This document shows, in pieces, positions 50,394 through 60,672 of a DNA stretch of 61,214 nt; the first letter of the stretch is position 1, and the number at the start of each line of letters is the position of its first letter. The notes below the pieces were generated by a model. That model was not told the DNA's origin. It saw only the letters and a program-made list of their open reading frames with translations, and ran no database searches. The translations under genes and the position numbers were made by a program. Origin of the DNA: Promethearchaeota archaeon (GTDB lineage Archaea; Asgardarchaeota; Lokiarchaeia; Sigyniarchaeales; SOKP01); the NCBI GenBank assembly GCA_048937405.1, contig JBHLNF010000016.1:1-61214 (forward strand), written 5' to 3'.

Positions 50394-50512
50394 AGTTCTC
50401 GAGTTGGATTTAGTTAAAGTTAATTTTATTTAATTAGTTAATAAATAACCTTAATAACAGTAATGTTTTTCTTATTTTAAGGATTTAAAAGTAGAATTTT
50501 ACAAAAGAGTAA

Positions 50513-51652
50513 ATGCAATACAAGAAAGAAAGACCCGCAATTTTAATGCTCCAAGATGGTCGGTATTTTCAAGGAATTGGTTTTGGGGCAACAAAAATTG
50601 TAACAGGCGAATTTGTATTTAATACTATGACTGGTGCGGGGTACCTTGAAACTCTCACAGATCCATCTTATTGGGGACAAATAGTTGTAATGACTCATCC
50701 CCTTATAGGAAATTACGGAGTTCCTCCATGGGAGAAAGATGAATATGGTATAACTAAACACTTTGAATCAGATTCTGTTAAAGTAACTGGTTTTGTTGTA
50801 AATGAATGTTGTAAATACCCTAATCATTATCAAAGTGTTAAAACTCTTGATGAATTTTTGACTGAACAAGATATTCCTGGAATTGAATGGATTGACACTC
50901 GAGCAATTACTAAAATTTTACGTGAAGAGGGTGTTCAAGTTGGAGCACTAGCAGTATATAATTCAGGGGAGAATCCTGATATTGATTATTTAAAACAGCT
51001 TGCAGCAAAAGTAGTAGACCCAAATCTCCGCAATCTTGTAAGCGAGGTTTCAACAAAAGAGGTTTGTATCTATAAGTCACCTAATCCAATTGGCAAAGTT
51101 GTTTTGTTAGATTTAGGTTATAAACTGAATATTTTACGAAATCTTGTCTCTAGAGGATTAGAAGTAATAATAGTACCACATAATTATACATATGAGCAAA
51201 TTATGTCTTACAATCCAGATGGAGTATTTATTTCAAATGGTCCTGGTGATCCGGCATTATGTAAAGAAGCAATCGAAGTTTCCAGTAAACTTATCGAACA
51301 AAGCATTCCTACTATGGGAATATGTATGGGAAATCTTATCTTAGCTTTAGCCACTGGAGCTGTTTCATATAAACTCAAATACGGACATCGAGGAGGAAAT
51401 AAAACAGTTATTAGTCTTCAATCGAATAAATGTTATATTACATCTCAAAACCATGGTTTTTGTGTAAAAGATTTTGAAAAAGGAGGATTCAAAGAGATCC
51501 TTAGAAATGTTGATGACCAGACTAATGAGGGTATTGAACATAAAACTAAACCTATTTTTGCAGTCCAATTTCATCCAGAAGCCTGTCCTGGACCTTTAGA
51601 TTCATTATATTTATTTGATAAATTCATAGATAACATGAGGTTAACTTCCTAA
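50513..51652 (+). CDS. carA: Carbamoyl-phosphate synthase small subunit
   Basis: GEFVFNT, LTDPSY, PLIGNYGVP, SNGPGDP, GICMG, SQNHG, QFHPEA. Confidence 0.96.
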   Translation: MQYKKERPAILMLQDGRYFQGIGFGATKIVTGEFVFNTMTGAGYLETLTDPSYWGQIVVMTHPLIGNYGVPPWEKDEYGITKHFESDSVKVTGFVVNECCKYPNHYQSVKTLDEFLTEQDIPGIEWIDTRAITKILREEGVQVGALAVYNSGENPDIDYLKQLAAKVVDPNLRNLVSEVSTKEVCIYKSPNPIGKVVLLDLGYKLNILRNLVSRGLEVIIVPHNYTYEQIMSYNPDGVFISNGPGDPALCKEAIEVSSKLIEQSIPTMGICMGNLILALATGAVSYKLKYGHRGGNKTVISLQSNKCYITSQNHGFCVKDFEKGGFKEILRNVDDQTNEGIEHKTKPIFAVQFHPEACPGPLDSLYLFDKFIDNMRLTS

Positions 51653-54600
51653 TGCCATTAAATAAAAATATTAAAAAAGCTCTTGTTTTAGGAAGTGGAG
51701 GTATTAGGATCGGTCAAGCAGGTGAATTTGATTATAGTGGTTCTCAAGTACTTAAAGCTCTTAAGGAAGAAGGTATAGAAACCATCTTAATCAATCCTAA
51801 TATCGCAACTATTCAAACTGATCCTGAATTATCGGATAAGGTTTATTTATTACCGATCAATGTAAATTATGTAGAAGAAGTTACCAGAAAAGAGAAACCT
51901 GATGGAATTTTACTAGCATTTGGAGGACAGACTGCTTTAAATGTAGGTGTTGAATTAAATGAATTAGGAATTCTTAAAAAGTATAACGTTAAAGTTTTAG
52001 GTACTCCAATTGAAGCAATCGAAGCAACTGAAGATAGAGATCTTTTTGTACAAGCTATGGATAAGTCAGGAGTTAAAGTGTGCAAAAGCAAAGCTGTATC
52101 TTCATATAATGATGCAATAAAAGCAGCAGAAGAGATTGGATTTCCATGTATGATTCGAGTGGCTTATACATTGGGTGGCAGAGGATCAGGGATATGTACT
52201 AATATGAGAGAATTTGAAAAGATGGCTAAGAAAGGTCTTGCTCAATCAAGAATAAGCCAAATATTAATTGAAGAAAGTATATGGGGTTGGAAGGAGATTG
52301 AATATGAAGTAGTAAGAGATGCCGAAGATAATTGTTTTATTAATTGTAATATGGAGAATTTTGATCCCGTGGGAATTCACACAGGTGAATCAATTGTTGT
52401 TGCACCTAGCCAGACCTTAACAAATGAAGAATATCAAATGCTTCGTTTAGCCTCTATTCGTGTAATAAGAAATCTGGGAATTATTGGTGAATGCAACATT
52501 CAGTATGGATTAGATCCATTTTCAAGAGAATTTAGAGCAATAGAAGTAAACGCTCGTCTTTCACGGTCTTCAGCATTAGCTTCAAAAGCTACAGGATATC
52601 CATTAGCATATATAGCCGCAAAATTAGCAATAGGGTATACATTACCAGAACTAAAAAATAAAATTACTGGTATTACTACAGCATGTTTCGAACCTGCTTT
52701 AGATTATCTCGTGTTAAAAATACCTCGATGGGACTTGACAAAATTCCAAAGAGTAGATCGAAAAATCGGCTCACAAATGAAATCTGTAGGTGAAGTAATG
52801 GCAATTGGTCGTACATTTGAAGAAGTACTTCAAAAAGCTTTGAGAATGCTGGATATTGGTATGAAAGGATTAGTTGGAAATGAAATCAAACCAATTGAGG
52901 ATATAAATGAATTAAAATTTAGCTTAAGCAATCCCACTGATTTAAGAGTCTTTAGGATTGTCGAAGCTATAAATAAAGGAATTTCTATAGATGAAATATA
53001 TCAATTATCTCGAATAGATAAGTGGTTCCTCTTTAAAATAAAAAATATTATTGATATTGAAAAAGAATTAGAGAATATAGAGTTTTTAGAAACCAGTGAT
53101 GATGATAAAATTTATTGGTTTGAACGAGCAAAACGTTTTGGTTTTTCTGATGGACAAATAGCTAAAATCATGGGATTAGATGTAATTACAATAAGACAAA
53201 TTCTAAAGAGAAAATATCAAATCCAACCATACGTAAAAAGAATTGATACATTAGCAGCAGAATGGCCTGCTATCACAAATTACCTTTATATTACCTATGC
53301 TGCCTCTGAACATGATATTGACTTTGAACATGAAAGCAAACAGAACTTAAGAAAAGTAATAGTTCTTGGGTCTGGAACTTATCGCATTGGAGCTTCTGTA
53401 GAATTTGATTGGGGTTCAGTGAATTGTCTATGGGGCTTAAAAAAACTCGGGGTTGATCAGGCAATTATGGTAAATTACAATCCAGAAACGGTCTCTACGG
53501 ACTATGACATATCAGATAAACTTTATTTTGAGGAATTATCAGGTGAACGTGTATTAGATATCGTTGAGCTTGAAAAAGCTGATGGAGTGATAGTATCTGT
53601 AGGTGGTCAGATTGCACAAAATCTAGCAGCAAAGTTTTCAAAATATTCTGAATTTTTCAGAAAAGTAAATCTAAATATATTAGGAACACATGGAAGTAGA
53701 ATTGACATGGCAGAAGACCGTTCGAAATTTAGTAACTTATTAGATCAATTAAAAATTAGTCAACCTCGATGGAGTATGTTGACGAATAAAGAGCAAGCAC
53801 TGAAATTCGCAAAAAAAGTAGGGTATCCCGTTTTAGTACGACCTTCCTACGTTTTAAGTGGTGCAGCAATGAGAGTATCTTATGATGAAAAGACTTTAAG
53901 AGATACTTTAGATCTGGCTGTAGCTATTTCTCAGGAATATCCTGTTGTTATTACTAAATTCTTTACAGGTGCAAGAGAGATTGAAGCTGATGGAATATGC
54001 GATGGGACCAATGTCTTTATAGGAGCAATAGTAGAGCATATAGAGAATGCGGGGGTGCATAGTGGAGATGCAACAATGTCAATTCCTCCACAAACAGTTT
54101 CTGACAAAGTTATTAAAACAATTGAAAAAAATACTGAAGAAATTGCATTAGCATTAAAGATTAGAGGTCCATTTAATGTACAATATCTTGTCAAAGACGA
54201 ACAAGTATATGTAATAGAGTGCAACCTCAGATCAAGCAGGAGTATGCCTTATGTTTCAAAAACAAGAGGTATTAATCTGATGAGATTAGCTGCTGAAGTG
54301 TTTTTGGGAGCTAAAATCCCTCAGTCGATAATGGAACTTCCCTATGGAGATTTTGTTTCCATTAAAGCTCCAATGTTTTCTTTCATGCGTCTTGATAAAG
54401 CTGATCCTGTTTTAGGTGTAGAAATGGCATCTACAGGTGAAGTTGCATGTATAGGAGAAGATTTTTCAGATGCTTTAATTAAATCGCTTGAAGCCACGGA
54501 GATGAGCATTCCAGTCCAAGGGGGAAATGTTTTAATATCAGTAGGAGGTAAAGAATTAAAACAAAAAGTAATACCTTTAGCACATAAATTAAAAGCTTTA

Positions 54601-54966
54601 GGTTTTACAATTTTTGCTACTGAAGATACTGCTATTGCGTTAAAAGATAATGGTATCTATGCCGTTAAACTTTATAAAATCCATGAATATGGTATGGAGC
54701 CAAATATAATGGAATGCCTGCAAAATGGAGCTATTGATTTAGTGATTAATATCCCTCTCCCTACAACAATTCAAGAAAAATTCAGAACTATAATGGAAGA
54801 TGAATATAAAATTAGAAGAATGGCAGTAGATTACAATATCCCTGTAATTATCAATTTACAACTGGCAGAAGCTTTAATAGATGCTATAGAAAAGGTTCGT
54901 AGAAAAAGACTTGAGATCAAATCTCTAAATGAATATCATAAAAGTTTAAAAGAAATTTACTGGTAA
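51652..54966 (+). CDS. carB: Carbamoyl-phosphate synthase large subunit
   Basis: IGQAGEFDYSG, NPNIATIQTD, EVNARLSRSSALASKATG, NPETVSTDYD, C-terminal MGS domain. TAATG overlap with carA. Confidence 0.97.
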   Translation: MPLNKNIKKALVLGSGGIRIGQAGEFDYSGSQVLKALKEEGIETILINPNIATIQTDPELSDKVYLLPINVNYVEEVTRKEKPDGILLAFGGQTALNVGVELNELGILKKYNVKVLGTPIEAIEATEDRDLFVQAMDKSGVKVCKSKAVSSYNDAIKAAEEIGFPCMIRVAYTLGGRGSGICTNMREFEKMAKKGLAQSRISQILIEESIWGWKEIEYEVVRDAEDNCFINCNMENFDPVGIHTGESIVVAPSQTLTNEEYQMLRLASIRVIRNLGIIGECNIQYGLDPFSREFRAIEVNARLSRSSALASKATGYPLAYIAAKLAIGYTLPELKNKITGITTACFEPALDYLVLKIPRWDLTKFQRVDRKIGSQMKSVGEVMAIGRTFEEVLQKALRMLDIGMKGLVGNEIKPIEDINELKFSLSNPTDLRVFRIVEAINKGISIDEIYQLSRIDKWFLFKIKNIIDIEKELENIEFLETSDDDKIYWFERAKRFGFSDGQIAKIMGLDVITIRQILKRKYQIQPYVKRIDTLAAEWPAITNYLYITYAASEHDIDFEHESKQNLRKVIVLGSGTYRIGASVEFDWGSVNCLWGLKKLGVDQAIMVNYNPETVSTDYDISDKLYFEELSGERVLDIVELEKADGVIVSVGGQIAQNLAAKFSKYSEFFRKVNLNILGTHGSRIDMAEDRSKFSNLLDQLKISQPRWSMLTNKEQALKFAKKVGYPVLVRPSYVLSGAAMRVSYDEKTLRDTLDLAVAISQEYPVVITKFFTGAREIEADGICDGTNVFIGAIVEHIENAGVHSGDATMSIPPQTVSDKVIKTIEKNTEEIALALKIRGPFNVQYLVKDEQVYVIECNLRSSRSMPYVSKTRGINLMRLAAEVFLGAKIPQSIMELPYGDFVSIKAPMFSFMRLDKADPVLGVEMASTGEVACIGEDFSDALIKSLEATEMSIPVQGGNVLISVGGKELKQKVIPLAHKLKALGFTIFATEDTAIALKDNGIYAVKLYKIHEYGMEPNIMECLQNGAIDLVINIPLPTTIQEKFRTIMEDEYKIRRMAVDYNIPVIINLQLAEALIDAIEKVRRKRLEIKSLNEYHKSLKEIYW

Positions 54967-55063
54967 AAAAATTCCATGTCATTATAGTAATTTTATAACT
55001 TTAACAAGAAAAACTTTATACAAATTAATAAAAAAAATTTTTGATTAGTTCAAATGATAGTTA

Positions 55064-55576
55064 TTATTTTTTCCCTTTAATTAATGCGATTAGGATTACT
55101 AGTAATCCAAATATCAATGCATTTACTGTACCTGTAATTAGAATTCTAATTATCCCGTCAATTAATGTGGCGGTAAAACTGATATAATTTAAATTGAAAT
55201 CATCAATGGAAATTATAGCTATAAACATTAGCATATAACAGATTGCTGTTATCATCCAACCTCCTATAGATTCACCAATATTACTCCCCATAAGCCCTGC
55301 AACAATTGCAGCAATAATAAAAGATATTAAACCTGCCATATAAAAAAATTTAAATGCAAAGCTAGATGCATCGACAGAATTAGTTATAAGTTCCCAGGGG
55401 AAGTATCGAGAAGGGTAAATCAATAAAAAAACACTACTGGATGGATGGTCTGCGATTGTATCAAACACAGAATCTAAAATGTCTCCAATTGCGAATGAAA
55501 TAATGTAAAAAAGGAAATTTAATACTAAGAAAACAATTAAACTGAATATAAAAGCCCTACCTGTACTTCTTTTCAT
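55064..55576 (-). CDS. Hypothetical membrane protein (about 4 TM helices)
   Basis: Hydrophobic segments; AGGGG SD-like site upstream. Confidence 0.7.
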   Translation of the reverse strand: MKRSTGRAFIFSLIVFLVLNFLFYIISFAIGDILDSVFDTIADHPSSSVFLLIYPSRYFPWELITNSVDASSFAFKFFYMAGLISFIIAAIVAGLMGSNIGESIGGWMITAICYMLMFIAIISIDDFNLNYISFTATLIDGIIRILITGTVNALIFGLLVILIALIKGKK

Positions 55577-55800
55577 TAAATAAAACCCCTTCTGTCTATT
55601 TTTAAAAATTTAAAATATAATAATTAATAGATGTAGGAGAATTTATAAGGTTTTTATATATATAAAGAGAATTAGAAAAAAAAACCATTACATTAAAGAA
55701 TATACATCGGTTCAATAATAGAAATCTTGAAAAATAGTGCAAATATAATTCTACTTATTATTTATGCTATATTTTAAGTTATAATTTTGGTGTTAGAGAG

Positions 55801-56085
55801 ATCTATTATCGTGGATATATTTTAATTCGACTGAAAATCATTGGTACACAGTGGAAAGTATCAGAAAAATTAAGGAATTTGAATTTTCAGAAGAAAAGTG
55901 AAAAATGGCAGATCACTTATGTAACACCATTGTATGGTGGTTGGGATTTATTAGTTGAATGTAAATTTAGCAATCTAGAGGATTTAGATGAAATTGTTAC
56001 ATTCTGCAGAACTGACTTAGAATTAGCTCAATGGATAGAAACAACGACCACTCTAATTAGTACAAAGAAGAATTATAAAGATTAG
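55801..56085 (+). CDS. Stand-alone Lrp/AsnC ligand-binding (RAM) domain protein; proposed ATC start (94 aa)
   Basis: LYGGWDLLVE and IETTTTLI are Lrp/AsnC C-domain motifs. The first strand (YRGYILIRL) and helix (WKVSEKLRNL) lie upstream of the TTG at 55879. Confidence 0.75.
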   Translation: MYYRGYILIRLKIIGTQWKVSEKLRNLNFQKKSEKWQITYVTPLYGGWDLLVECKFSNLEDLDEIVTFCRTDLELAQWIETTTTLISTKKNYKD

Positions 56086-56124
56086 GTTTATTATTGAGAT
56101 ATAAAAAATTTATTAACTTTCTAA

Positions 56125-56265
56125 TTATTTAGATATATTCTCTAGGATTAATCTATGATATTCTCTTGGAATTAGTTGTAGCTCTTCTAATAACCAGATT
56201 TTAAGCTTTGCTTTTTCTAGTTCTTCTTCCAACCTTATATCATATGCAATTACTTTATCGGACAC
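56125..56265 (-). CDS. Possible 46-aa small protein or gene remnant
   Basis: Open frame VSDKVIAYDIRLEEELEKAKLKIWLLEELQLIPREYHRLILENISK with protein-like composition; weak start signal. Confidence 0.3.
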   Translation of the reverse strand: MSDKVIAYDIRLEEELEKAKLKIWLLEELQLIPREYHRLILENISK

Positions 56266-56383
56266 AACTAGTTTATAATTGTTTTCATATTTAAATTAAT
56301 CCGTAATAAATCATAGAAATTTGTCGGAATTATTAACTAATTAATATAATTACTTTTTTTGTGTACAAAAAGTATTAGCAAAA

Positions 56384-56878
56384 CTAAAGAAACTTCTCCA
56401 TGAATATTTCATCTTCATAAATATTATCAATTTTAACTTGTCTTGTGAGTACTCCTTTTTCAATGAAACCCAAATCTTTATAGAAATCTATAGCATTCGT
56501 ATTTCTAGCTCGAACATATATTACAAGTTTTTCATAACCGTTTTTTCGAGCAAAATTAAACACAAAGGTAGCTATTTTTTTTCCTATTTGTTTCTTACGC
56601 CAAAGAGGAAGGATAAAAGTCCCAATTGTCCCAACATGTTCAAATGAGTCTGAATAATTTATCCATTTATCTAATGATTGAAAACCTATAATTTGATCAT
56701 CAACTTCAGCCACAAAGATACCCTCACGATCAGAAAGATTAGATATATATTCTTTCTCTTGTTCAGGTGTAAAAGGTTTATTTATAGCAGAATATTTTCT
56801 TTCTGAGCAAATAACTGACCATATAGAGGATATTTTCTCCGCATCCTTAACAGAAGCTTTTCTAATCAAGATTTCCAA
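56384..56878 (-). CDS. GNAT-family N-acetyltransferase
   Basis: IRKAS, FVAEVDDQIIGF, LPLWRKKQIGKK, NTNAIDFYKDLGF. Confidence 0.88.
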   Translation of the reverse strand: MEILIRKASVKDAEKISSIWSVICSERKYSAINKPFTPEQEKEYISNLSDREGIFVAEVDDQIIGFQSLDKWINYSDSFEHVGTIGTFILPLWRKKQIGKKIATFVFNFARKNGYEKLVIYVRARNTNAIDFYKDLGFIEKGVLTRQVKIDNIYEDEIFMEKFL

Positions 56879-57018
56879 AGTTTTTCTACCCCAAAGTTGA
56901 CTCTCTTAATGTAGAATTTTAAAACTTTATAATTTAAATGTAAAAGACCTATTAAGAATTAAACATTTCGTAAATAATACTACGAGAATTATAATGTTTA
57001 CCAAAGAAGAGTAAAAAA

Positions 57019-58857
57019 ATGCAGAAAACTACTACTAACATTATCAATACACGTTATGTCGAATTTTCTCCAGGAAAGGATCCTTTTGAAAAATCTCGTC
57101 AGAAAGGACCCAGACGCTGGATCTTAAAACACATTTTTCATGGTTCTAATAAGATATTGTTTTTTATTGTTTTAATCACAACAATCGTCGCTTCAAATTT
57201 AAACTCGATTATTTTCATAATAATTGGAAATGCAATTTCTGATTTTTTACTTGGAAACTATTCTACTTTAGTTTTTTACACTCAAATTATTTTATTTTTA
57301 AGTATTGGAACACCAATAATGAGATTAATCAATAATATGTTACGAGAAGTAATCGCCCAAAGAATGGAGAGAGATTGCAGGAAAGAATTTTATACAAATC
57401 TCCTAGGAAAAAGTCAGTCATTCCATGAACAACAGAAAATTGGAGAACTCATGGCACGAGTAACCGATGATGTTCGACAACTAAACTTCTTAATAAGTCC
57501 AGCTCTTTCCTTAATTTTTGACTCATTTACGTCATTAGTTGTTCCCTTAATATATATTATAATTTTTTATCCTCCCCAATTAATTCTTGCTCCTCTAATG
57601 TTTTCTATACTTTTTCTATTTTCTTTAAGATCATATGTCCATAAATTAGGGCCAGTTACAGGAAGATTAAGGGGTTCTTTTGGAATGATGAATGCTACTT
57701 TAAATGAAACACTAACAGGCATAGAAGTGGTTAAAGCAACCGTTCAAGAGGACAAAGAATTAGAAAAATATTATTCAAAAGCTAAATTGTATCGGGATGC
57801 CTATATAGAACAGGGAAAAATTCAAGCAAAATATCTTCCAATCTTAATTTTATCCATCTCATTAACATTAGCATTTGCTCATGCTGTAGTTTTAAATTTT
57901 TTAAATTTAATGAGTATAGGTGAAATTATAGCATACTACGGATTAATTGCTCAATTAAGATTTCCAACTTTTATTTCCATTTTTGTATTCGCAATAATTC
58001 GACTTGCTATTTCAAGTTCAGAAAGATTGCTTGATTTAATGAATAAGGAAACTGAAATTGATGAAAATATAAAAGGTATCAAAAAAGTCATAGACGGGGA
58101 AATTAAATTCGAAAAAGTATCATTTACATATCCAGAAAGTAAAAAACCTGTTTTAAAAAATATTTCATTCACTATTCAACCAGGTCAAACCGTAGCATTT
58201 GTTGGGACAACAGGATCTGGAAAAACTACTCTAACAAAATTAATCTCTCGTTTGTATGATGTAAATGAAGGAAAAATATTAATAGACAATATAAACATAA
58301 AAGATTATGCTTTAGAATCACTAAGAAGTCAGATCTCTTTTATCGAACAGGATGTTTTCTTATTCTCTGATACTATATTCAGCAATATATCATTTGGAAG
58401 GACTTCATTTTTAGATGAAATTATTCAAGTGGCTAAAGAAGCTCAAGCTCACGAATTTATTATTAACTTTCCTAATCAATATGAATCAGAGGTGGGTGAA
58501 AGGGGTGTTCAACTCAGTGGTGGTGAAAGACAAAGGATAGCAATTGCTCGTGCCTTTCTTTCGGATCCAAAAATTCTTGTCCTAGATGATTCTACTTCTG
58601 CAATTGATTCAAACACGGAAGATAAAATCCAAAGAGCCATTCAAAATATCCTAAAAGACAGAACAACGATTCTTATAACTCATAGACTCTCCCAAATTAG
58701 ATGGGCTGACTTAATAATTGTCTTGAAAAAAGGTGAAATTTCTGCTATGGGGTCACATGAAGATCTTCTAATATCATCAGAGGAATACAGAAAAATATTC
58801 ATTAAAAAATTTGATATTGATATTAATGAATTAATAAAAAAAGAGCAGGTGTCGTAA
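57019..58857 (+). CDS. ABC exporter, TMD-NBD half-transporter A
   Basis: TM domain, GTTGSGKT, LSGGERQR, degenerate Walker B LVLDDS. Confidence 0.93.
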   Translation: MQKTTTNIINTRYVEFSPGKDPFEKSRQKGPRRWILKHIFHGSNKILFFIVLITTIVASNLNSIIFIIIGNAISDFLLGNYSTLVFYTQIILFLSIGTPIMRLINNMLREVIAQRMERDCRKEFYTNLLGKSQSFHEQQKIGELMARVTDDVRQLNFLISPALSLIFDSFTSLVVPLIYIIIFYPPQLILAPLMFSILFLFSLRSYVHKLGPVTGRLRGSFGMMNATLNETLTGIEVVKATVQEDKELEKYYSKAKLYRDAYIEQGKIQAKYLPILILSISLTLAFAHAVVLNFLNLMSIGEIIAYYGLIAQLRFPTFISIFVFAIIRLAISSSERLLDLMNKETEIDENIKGIKKVIDGEIKFEKVSFTYPESKKPVLKNISFTIQPGQTVAFVGTTGSGKTTLTKLISRLYDVNEGKILIDNINIKDYALESLRSQISFIEQDVFLFSDTIFSNISFGRTSFLDEIIQVAKEAQAHEFIINFPNQYESEVGERGVQLSGGERQRIAIARAFLSDPKILVLDDSTSAIDSNTEDKIQRAIQNILKDRTTILITHRLSQIRWADLIIVLKKGEISAMGSHEDLLISSEEYRKIFIKKFDIDINELIKKEQVS

Positions 58858-60672
58858 ATGGGGATGTATGTAGGACTTGAAGCTGAAGAATATGATAGAA
58901 AATTTCGTGATAGAGACCTATTAAAAAGAATTTTTCATTATTTCGGTCCATATAAACGAACTATGATGCTTGTAATTATCTTTCTTACCATATCTTCTTT
59001 ATCAAGTTCATTTGTGCCTGTTCTTGTCAGTATAGCGATCAGTAACCTAGCATCAAATAGAAATGGTTTATATTTATTTTTCTTAATAAGTATCATTTTA
59101 TCACTAAACCTACTTACATGGTTATTTAATTACATTACAGCTAGATATTCATCTCAAGTAATTGGAAATGTGGTTCTAGATCTAAGGAGAAATGCTGGAC
59201 AAGCAGTTTTAACTCATGATCTTTCATTTTTTGATCGAAATCCTATTGGAAAAATCGTCTCTAGAATTAATACAGATTCAAGTGACTTTGGACAGACCGT
59301 AGATTTAACTCTTCAATTCATTTCTTCAATATTAGTTATTAGCTTTCTATTAATTATTATGACATTGATTAATTTGACATTAACACTCATTACTATTATT
59401 ACGTTTCCAGCATTTTTTATATTAGCTTTATCTATTAGAAAATTAGCCCGTTCTAAAACACTTTTAGGACAAAGAGCCTTAGCCTCTGTAAATGCATATG
59501 TTAAAGAAAGTTTTTCTGGCATTCAAATAGCAAAAACGTTTCGACAAGAGGAGAAATTATATAAGAACTTTAATGAAGTAAATACAACATCCTATAAAGT
59601 AAATTTAAGAAGAGCTTTTGTATTAAATGGTATTTTTCCTTCATTAGGTATTATTCAAGGAGTGGTATTAACTTTAATAATTTATTATGGTGGAGTTAAT
59701 GTTCTAGGAAACGATATTAGTATAGGAGAATTAAATTTATTCATACAGGGATTAAGTTATCTGTTTTTTCCATTATTAACGTTAGCTTCTTTTTGGCCCA
59801 CTTTTCAGACTGGTATGGCTGCTTCAGAAAGAATATTTGCTCTTATAGACACATTACCCTTGGTGCTTCAAAAAAATAATATGAAGCCTGATAAACTTAA
59901 AGGTGAAATTGAATTTCAAAATCTTTCATTTAGGTATGAAGAATCAAATGAAGTATTTACAAATTTTAATTTGAAAATTGAGCCTGGAGAATCAGTTGCA
60001 ATTGTTGGTCATACTGGTGCAGGAAAATCAAGCTTAGCAAAACTTTTAGCAAGATTTTATGAATTTCAGAAAGGAGATATTCTAATCGATGGAATAAGTA
60101 TTAGAAATTATGATCTTATAGAATATCGAAAATATATCGGAATTATTCCACAAACTCCATTCCTATGGGCAGATACAATTCAAAATAATATTAAATATGG
60201 TAACAAAAAGGCAACTAAAAAAGATGTTCAAAATGCCTTAGATTCAACAAGTGGTTCTGATTGGATTAGTGATTTATCGAAAGGCTTAGCGACTGAAACT
60301 GGTGAAAGAGGTAGTTTAATCTCAATGGGACAACGTCAATTAGTTGTTTTTGCGCGAGTTCTATTAGAAAATCCAGCAATCCTTATATTAGACGAAGCAA
60401 CCGCTTCAGTTGATCCATTTACTGAAACACGAATTCAAGATGCCCTTCAAAAAACAATTGAAGGTCGTACTTCAATCATAATTGCTCATCGTCTCTGGAC
60501 AGTACGACATGTCAATAGAATAATTGTACTCGATCATGGGAAAATTATAGAAGAAGGAAATCATGATGAGTTAATGGCTAAGGGGGGAATGTACGCTGAG
60601 CTTTACAACACCTACTTCAGACATCAGAGCCTTGAGTACATTGAAAAAATGAAGGAAAAAAAGTATGCCTGA
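58858..60672 (+). CDS. ABC exporter, TMD-NBD half-transporter B (heterodimer partner)
   Basis: GHTGAGKS, degenerate signature ISMGQRQ, LILDEAT, IAHRL. Confidence 0.93.
   Translation: MGMYVGLEAEEYDRKFRDRDLLKRIFHYFGPYKRTMMLVIIFLTISSLSSSFVPVLVSIAISNLASNRNGLYLFFLISIILSLNLLTWLFNYITARYSSQVIGNVVLDLRRNAGQAVLTHDLSFFDRNPIGKIVSRINTDSSDFGQTVDLTLQFISSILVISFLLIIMTLINLTLTLITIITFPAFFILALSIRKLARSKTLLGQRALASVNAYVKESFSGIQIAKTFRQEEKLYKNFNEVNTTSYKVNLRRAFVLNGIFPSLGIIQGVVLTLIIYYGGVNVLGNDISIGELNLFIQGLSYLFFPLLTLASFWPTFQTGMAASERIFALIDTLPLVLQKNNMKPDKLKGEIEFQNLSFRYEESNEVFTNFNLKIEPGESVAIVGHTGAGKSSLAKLLARFYEFQKGDILIDGISIRNYDLIEYRKYIGIIPQTPFLWADTIQNNIKYGNKKATKKDVQNALDSTSGSDWISDLSKGLATETGERGSLISMGQRQLVVFARVLLENPAILILDEATASVDPFTETRIQDALQKTIEGRTSIIIAHRLWTVRHVNRIIVLDHGKIIEEGNHDELMAKGGMYAELYNTYFRHQSLEYIEKMKEKKYA

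Noticed and set aside
122-59522. Numerous short antisense or alternate-frame ORFs in the track (e.g. 122-448, 9745-10062, 15344-15853, 16508-16729, 31343-31549, 41369-41785)
   Set aside because: They are shadows of well-supported genes or low-complexity AT-rich frames, with no motifs.
57019-60672. Degenerate Walker B and signature motifs in the ABC pair as a novelty
   Set aside because: One degenerate ATP site is standard for heterodimeric exporters (TM287/288 type).
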